Source of the DNA: an uncultured Thermanaerothrix sp.
GTDB taxonomy: Bacteria; Chloroflexota; Anaerolineae; Anaerolineales; Anaerolineaceae
Direction of reading: 5' to 3'
Length of the DNA: 64,000 nucleotides
NCBI RefSeq assembly: GCF_938028735.1
Contig: NZ_CALIMF010000001.1
Span: 79,003-143,002 of the forward strand
The first letter of the stretch is position 1; each line of letters starts with the position of its first letter. The notes below the pieces were generated by a model that was not told the origin of the DNA, searched no databases, and saw only the letters and a program-made list of their open reading frames with translations. Below, one piece after another: positions 58,942-64,000 of this stretch. The position numbers and the translations under genes were made by a program.

Positions 58942-59520
58942 GTGTCCGAAACAAAACGTTTTAACCCTAAAAAGCATGCCATCCTTTTAGAAACCTCACG
59001 CGAGGCCAAATGGCATCCTCGAGCGTTGTTGCGTCAGGTTGGTGTGCAGCCGGGGCAGGTGGTGGTGGACTTGGGATGTGGGCCAGGCTTTTGGACTTTT
59101 CCCCTGGCCGATTTGGTTACCCCCACCGGGGCGGTTTGGGCGCTGGATATTAGCCGCGAAATGTTGGATGCCCTGGTCGCTCGGCATCCTCCGGCGCAGG
59201 TGCATACCATGTGCATTGAGTTGCCGCGCATCCCGTTGCCAGCGGCAAGCGCAGACTTGGTTTGGGCGGCTTTTGTGGTTCATGAGGTTGATCCATTGGA
59301 TGATCTGATGCGCGAAATCCAGCGCGTTCTAAAGGTTGGCGGACGGGTGGCGGTGCTGGATTGGCGGCCAGATGCGGTTCATGATGATGGTCCTCCGCGT
59401 GCCCATCGTTTGGATGCCGGGGTGATTCGCAGTGGTTTGCAAGGTGTGGGGCTGACCCTGCTGGCTTCACCCTGGCAGCACGAGGACGCCTATCTTATCA
59501 TGGCTCAGAAGAGCGAATAA
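58942..59520 (+). CDS. Class I SAM-dependent methyltransferase
   Basis: VVDLGCGPG, ALDIS, R.LK.GG, DW...GPP..HR. Confidence 0.88.
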   Translation: MSETKRFNPKKHAILLETSREAKWHPRALLRQVGVQPGQVVVDLGCGPGFWTFPLADLVTPTGAVWALDISREMLDALVARHPPAQVHTMCIELPRIPLPAASADLVWAAFVVHEVDPLDDLMREIQRVLKVGGRVAVLDWRPDAVHDDGPPRAHRLDAGVIRSGLQGVGLTLLASPWQHEDAYLIMAQKSE

Positions 59521-59530
59521 AGGGTGGTCT

Positions 59531-60517
59531 ATGGAAAAAACGGCAGCCACTGCCATTGCCCATCCCAACATTGCCTTTATCAAGTACTGGGGGAATCGTG
59601 ATCCTGAACTGCGCCTGCCGGCGAATGGCTCGCTTTCCATGAATCTGGGTGGGCTTCTAACCCGCACGCGGGTCTGGTTTGATCCCACGTTGGCTCAAGA
59701 TGAGATCTGGCTCAACAGTCAGCCACTCGAGGGAGCAGCACGTGAACGCGTTGTGCGCTTCCTGGATCTTGTGCGAGGTCTGGCCGGACGCACTCTGGCC
59801 GCGCACGTGGAAAGTGAAAACAATTTCCCAGCGGGCGCCGGTCTGGCCTCATCTGCGGCGGCGTTTGCAGCGTTAGCGCTGGCTTCAACGGCGGCTTTGG
59901 GCTTGCGTTTGGATGAAGCCGCGCTCTCGCGCCTAGCACGGCGCGGTTCGGGATCAGCAGCACGTTCCGTACCGGCGGGATTTGTGGAATGGCAACCTGG
60001 CAGAGGCGATGCCGATTCCTATGCCTTTTCGATTGCCCCTCCGGAGCACTGGCCGCTGGTGGATTGCGTGGCAATTGTTGAGTCTGCCCACAAAGCCATC
60101 GGTTCGAGTCAGGGCCACTTATTGGCGGCAACCAGTCCTCTGCAGGCGGCACGGGTGGCGGATGCGCCACGGCGGTTGCGGATCGCCCGCCAGGCCATCT
60201 GGCGTCGCGATTTTGAGGCCTTGGCCGAAATTGCCGAGCAGGACAGTATGATGCTACATGCGGTCATGCTGACCTCACAGCCCCCTCTGATCTATTGGCG
60301 AGGAGTTTCGGTAGAGCTCATGCATGCGGTGGCGTCCTGGCGCCGTGAGGGAATAGCGGCTTTCTACACCCTAGATGCTGGGCCGAACGTGCATGTCATC
60401 TGCCTACCCGAACACGCCGAAAGCATCCAAAGACGGTTGCGCGACTTCCCGGGAGTGCGGGAAGTGATTGTTGCGCAGGTTGGTGGCCCAGCGCGTTTGG
60501 TAGAGGGACAAGGTTGA
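59531..60517 (+). CDS. mvaD: Mevalonate (di)phosphate decarboxylase, GHMP family; probably the mevalonate-5-phosphate type
   Basis: NIAFIKYWG, P.NGSLS, NNFPAGAGLASSAA, RRGSGSA.RS, TLDAGPNVH. Confidence 0.9.
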   Translation: MEKTAATAIAHPNIAFIKYWGNRDPELRLPANGSLSMNLGGLLTRTRVWFDPTLAQDEIWLNSQPLEGAARERVVRFLDLVRGLAGRTLAAHVESENNFPAGAGLASSAAAFAALALASTAALGLRLDEAALSRLARRGSGSAARSVPAGFVEWQPGRGDADSYAFSIAPPEHWPLVDCVAIVESAHKAIGSSQGHLLAATSPLQAARVADAPRRLRIARQAIWRRDFEALAEIAEQDSMMLHAVMLTSQPPLIYWRGVSVELMHAVASWRREGIAAFYTLDAGPNVHVICLPEHAESIQRRLRDFPGVREVIVAQVGGPARLVEGQG

Positions 60518-60596
60518 GCCAACTTTTGCCCGGCGCACCCAAAAGCGATATAATCAGGGTGCAAGGGATAACGGTTAGGATGATAAGGTAAAGGCG

Positions 60597-61667
60597 ATGA
60601 TCTTTCTAGAGTTTTTCATTTTCTTCAGCCTGACTCTGTTTTTACATGAGTTCGGGCACTATCTGGCGGCACGGATTTTTGGTATCCGGGTTGAGGAGTT
60701 TGGCTTTGGTTTTCCGCCGCGTCTGGTGCGCCTGTTTCGGGTCGGTGAAACGGAGGTCACCTTAAACTGGATTCCGTTTGGGGCCTTTGTGCGCCTTTCT
60801 GGCGAAAACGATCCCAGTGTGCCGGGGGGGTTTATCAACGCAAAACCCTTGGCGCGGATGGTGGTCTTGCTGGCAGGGCCCTTCATGAACTTGTTGACCG
60901 GGTTGTTTCTCTTTAGTGTGTTCTTTTTGCGAGCGGGTATCCCTGAGGTTAACAAGGTCATGGTAGATTTTGTCGAGCCAGACTCCCCGGCGGCTCAGGC
61001 CGGTATTCTGGCGGGTGATTTGGTGCGTGAGGTTAATGGCACGGCCATTACCAGCATGGCACAATTGAGCCAGATCATCACTCAGAACCGAGGGCAGGAA
61101 ATTACCTTGGTTATAGAGCGTCAGGGTGCGTTGATTACCTTGCGGGCGACTCCCCGCCTTAATCCACCTCCAGGGCAGGGGGCGCTGGGGATCCGCATGG
61201 CCACCCCTTGGCGGGCGGTCTCCTCCTGGTTTGAGACGTTACCCTGGGCCTCACGGGCCACCTGGGAGGGGTTGGTCCAAATTCCACGCTCTCTCATTGC
61301 AGCAATACGGGGGGAAGTTCCCCCTGAACAGAGCCGGGTGGTTGGCCCGGTGGGTATTTACACGATTTTCTCCCAAGCCCGTGAGCGGGATATTGAGAGT
61401 GAGCAGGCGGGGGCCAGCCCGGTTGAATCCACCCTGACCTTACGGCTGATGGCACTGATTTCGGTTGCCGTGGGCTTTGCCAATCTGCTGCCGATACCCG
61501 CTCTGGATGGTGGGCGCATCCTCTTTATCCTGCCCGAACTGGTAATTGGCCGGCGCGTACCTCCCAAGTACGAGGCACTCATTCACATGATCGGCTTTGT
61601 GTTGTTAATATTGCTTTTCATATACATTACCGCTCAGGATATTCTTAATCCGGTGGTATTGCCCTAG
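60597..61667 (+). CDS. rseP: Site-2 protease RseP (M50 family, PDZ domain)
   Basis: HEFGH, FGFGFPP, AGPFMN, PDZ SPAAQAGI..GD, NLLPIPALDGG. Confidence 0.93.
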   Translation: MIFLEFFIFFSLTLFLHEFGHYLAARIFGIRVEEFGFGFPPRLVRLFRVGETEVTLNWIPFGAFVRLSGENDPSVPGGFINAKPLARMVVLLAGPFMNLLTGLFLFSVFFLRAGIPEVNKVMVDFVEPDSPAAQAGILAGDLVREVNGTAITSMAQLSQIITQNRGQEITLVIERQGALITLRATPRLNPPPGQGALGIRMATPWRAVSSWFETLPWASRATWEGLVQIPRSLIAAIRGEVPPEQSRVVGPVGIYTIFSQARERDIESEQAGASPVESTLTLRLMALISVAVGFANLLPIPALDGGRILFILPELVIGRRVPPKYEALIHMIGFVLLILLFIYITAQDILNPVVLP

Positions 61668-61682
61668 ATAAATGAGGTAGGT

Positions 61683-62741
61683 ATGTCAAGAAAATCGCGG
61701 AAGCAAGTTTCGTTTGAGCAGGTGCTGGAAGCCCTGCTAGATATGAACCAGCCTTTCCCGGCGCGTTTTTTGCATCGCTTCTCAGACCTCAGCCCTGAGG
61801 ATCTGGAAAGTCTCAAGCGCGTATGGAAACAAGTGCCCGTCGAACGTCGCGCGGCGTTGATGGAAGACCTGGAGATGCTGGCCGAGGCCGATACACTGGT
61901 CTCGTTTGACGAGTTAAGTAAATTTGCCCTGGATGATGAGGATCCACGGGTGCGGGCTGGCGCACTTAGCCTGCTGTGGGAGTGCCAAGATCCGCATCTG
62001 ATTCACAAGATGATTCAGATGATGGAAGAGGATAGCGATGAGATTGTGCGGGCTCAGGCGGCTTCAGTGCTGGCCCAATTCGTTTACCTTGGTGAGGTCG
62101 AAGAACTCCCTGAGACCACCTTGCACATGGTAGAAGATCATCTGCTCAGCGCGCTGAGCCGCGACCGCTCGCCACTGGTGCAACGGCGGGCTCTGGAGGC
62201 GCTTGGATTTTCCAGCCGCCAGGAGGTGCCCTCCCTGATCCTGCGCGCTTATACCAGTGATGACCCTGCGTGGGTAGCCAGTGCCCTTTTTGCGATGGGG
62301 CGCTCGGCCGACCCAGCGTGGGGGCAACACGTTGTACGTATGCTGGATCATCCCGATTTCGATGTGCAACTCGAGGCGGTACGGGCAGCAGGTGAATTAG
62401 AGATCGAAGAGGCGCGTGAACCTCTCTTGAACATGCTGGAAGAAGGGATTGAGGACGAGGAAGTGCGCATGGCGGCCATTTGGTCGCTTTCACAGATCGG
62501 TGGGGAAGGCGTGCAACAGGCGCTCGAGCGGCTGTTGGCCGAGACCGAGGATGACGACGAGGCTACTTTCATCGAGGATGCTTTGGATAACCTTTCCTTC
62601 AATGAGGGTGTGATGCCGTTCGGAATGTTTGAGTTTGAAGTTCAGGATGAGAAGGACCTCGATCACATCATTGATCTCGCGTCTGCGGAGGAGGACGAGG
62701 AAGAGGACCTAGATGAGGATTTATTGGCGCGCTTGAACTAA
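61683..62741 (+). CDS. HEAT-repeat (PBS lyase-like) protein with acidic tail
   Basis: Repeated D.D..VR..A...L helical pairs; Asp/Glu-rich C-terminus. Confidence 0.82.
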   Translation: MSRKSRKQVSFEQVLEALLDMNQPFPARFLHRFSDLSPEDLESLKRVWKQVPVERRAALMEDLEMLAEADTLVSFDELSKFALDDEDPRVRAGALSLLWECQDPHLIHKMIQMMEEDSDEIVRAQAASVLAQFVYLGEVEELPETTLHMVEDHLLSALSRDRSPLVQRRALEALGFSSRQEVPSLILRAYTSDDPAWVASALFAMGRSADPAWGQHVVRMLDHPDFDVQLEAVRAAGELEIEEAREPLLNMLEEGIEDEEVRMAAIWSLSQIGGEGVQQALERLLAETEDDDEATFIEDALDNLSFNEGVMPFGMFEFEVQDEKDLDHIIDLASAEEDEEEDLDEDLLARLN

Positions 62742-62769
62742 GGCGGTCCCAGCGGGGAGGTGAGGCGAA

Positions 62770-63954
62770 TTGGCTTGGCTAGTTGTGGCGGCACTATGGT
62801 GGCAAAGTCTATGGTGGCCACAGGTAACCCCCGATCCTATTGTTGAAGGGGTCTCAGCAGAATCGAAGTTTGGCGAGCAGGTGACTTTCCGGGCCCATCT
62901 GCGTCTGAGCATACCACCTCAGGAGGTGATATTACTTATCTCCCCTGAGGGCCAGCCACCCCTTGCTGTTGATCTCATGCCTACCTCAACGGGGGAATTG
63001 GTTTATGTCTGGAAGTTAACCGGACGTACATTAACTCCCTTTGCCCGTGTTACCTACTGGTTCCGAGTGAAACAGGCCGATGGGCGGTTGGTAGAGAGTC
63101 CCCGTTATCAGTTCATTTACCACGATAACCGTTTTGATTGGCAGGGTCTGCAAGATGGCACAATTCAGGTGGGGTGGGTAGAAGGGGATTTGGCTTTTGG
63201 GCAAGCGGCACTTCTGGCTGCACAGAGTGGTCTTAGTAAAGCCCAAACACTCCTTGAGGCAGAGCCTCCTTCCCCCTTACAAATCTATATCTACCCAGAT
63301 GTTCAAAGTCTACAACAGGCGCTAAGCCTGTCCCAAACGCCCTGGTTGGCGGGCCATGCCAGCCCAGAAACAGGGATTGTGCTGGTGGCCATTCCACCTG
63401 GGCCGGATCAGGTGGCGGAAATGGAGCGGCAGATCCCACATGAAATTGCGCACCTGTTGCAGTACCGGTTGATGGGAGAGGCATATGCGCAGATGCCGGT
63501 TTGGTTGGCGGAAGGCATGGCCTCACTGGCTGAACTTTACCCCAATCCAGATTATCAGCGTGCGTTGGAACGGGCGATTCAAGAAGATCGTCTGCTGCCT
63601 ATGCAGAGTCTGTGCCGCACCTTCCCGCGTGAAACAGCGGGGGCTTTCCTGGCTTATGCTCAGTCTGCCTCGTTTGTGCACTATTTGCAAGAACGGTTTG
63701 GGCGTAGCGGGTTGACCACGCTAACGCGCATTTACCAGGACGGCCGAGGGTGCGAGGAAGGTGTGCAAGCAGGCCTAGGGATCGCACTCATCCAACTAGA
63801 GCGCGAATGGCAGCAGGATGTGCTAGGGGTTAATGTATGGCAACGGGCCTGGCGCCACCTATGGCCTTATCTGGTACTGGGTGTCTTGGTCACCGTACCG
63901 GTGCTTGTCAGCATGTTTTTCATCCACCCCCATCGCTTGCATCTTCCTCGATAG
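62770..63954 (+). CDS. Peptidase MA-family (gluzincin) metallohydrolase, exported and C-terminally anchored
   Basis: HEIAH...WLAEGMA, AYAQS..FV.YL, N-terminal hydrophobic signal, C-terminal TM. Confidence 0.85.
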   Translation: MAWLVVAALWWQSLWWPQVTPDPIVEGVSAESKFGEQVTFRAHLRLSIPPQEVILLISPEGQPPLAVDLMPTSTGELVYVWKLTGRTLTPFARVTYWFRVKQADGRLVESPRYQFIYHDNRFDWQGLQDGTIQVGWVEGDLAFGQAALLAAQSGLSKAQTLLEAEPPSPLQIYIYPDVQSLQQALSLSQTPWLAGHASPETGIVLVAIPPGPDQVAEMERQIPHEIAHLLQYRLMGEAYAQMPVWLAEGMASLAELYPNPDYQRALERAIQEDRLLPMQSLCRTFPRETAGAFLAYAQSASFVHYLQERFGRSGLTTLTRIYQDGRGCEEGVQAGLGIALIQLEREWQQDVLGVNVWQRAWRHLWPYLVLGVLVTVPVLVSMFFIHPHRLHLPR

Positions 63955-63962
63955 GAGGGATC

Positions 63963-64000
63963 ATGACGACAGATGCCATGCGTCTTCACGCCTTGATTCA
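63963..64000 (+). CDS. 5' end of a probable acylphosphatase (truncated by window edge)
   Basis: SD aggagg then MTTDAMRLHALI, which resembles the RLHA..HGRVQG start of acylphosphatases; only 12 codons are visible. Confidence 0.4.
   Translation, partial: MTTDAMRLHALI

Overview
This is a gene-dense, GC-rich bacterial chromosome segment. The Pro/Thr-rich lipoprotein linkers, the mevalonate-pathway decarboxylase and the overall gene content point to Chloroflexota, probably Anaerolineae; that is an inference, not a database result. From left to right it holds: a dpp-type ABC transporter plus M20 peptidase; a maf-PBP-rsgA-dipeptide epimerase-NlpC/P60-PLP enzyme operon; rnz; a DUF355 protein; a lipoprotein; a cytochrome P450; pncA with an NrtR-like operator; a decayed MntA/HepT toxin-antitoxin pair; pstSCA with a Pho box but no pstB; a SorC regulator + E1alpha/E1beta/E2 dehydrogenase + Gat-family PTS operon; a minimal SufC/SufB (SmsCB-like) Fe-S pair; a SAM-I riboswitch with metK; ftsK; an ECF sigma/anti-sigma operon; DedA + GT4; two hydrolases; an opp cluster with three binding proteins; EamA, PilZ, sodA, YihY, a dual-specificity phosphatase, msrPQ, a desaturase, GH2, a methyltransferase, a mevalonate-phosphate decarboxylase, rseP, a HEAT protein and an MA peptidase. 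I saw no rRNA, tRNA, CRISPR array or intact mobile element. The best candidate for an undescribed system is the operon at 20300-27038. It couples a PTS directly to a lipoyl-dependent TPP dehydrogenase and has no polyol dehydrogenase, kinase or aldolase, which suggests oxidative cleavage of an imported keto-sugar phosphate to an acyl-CoA. All calls come from motif recognition by eye; no searches were run.
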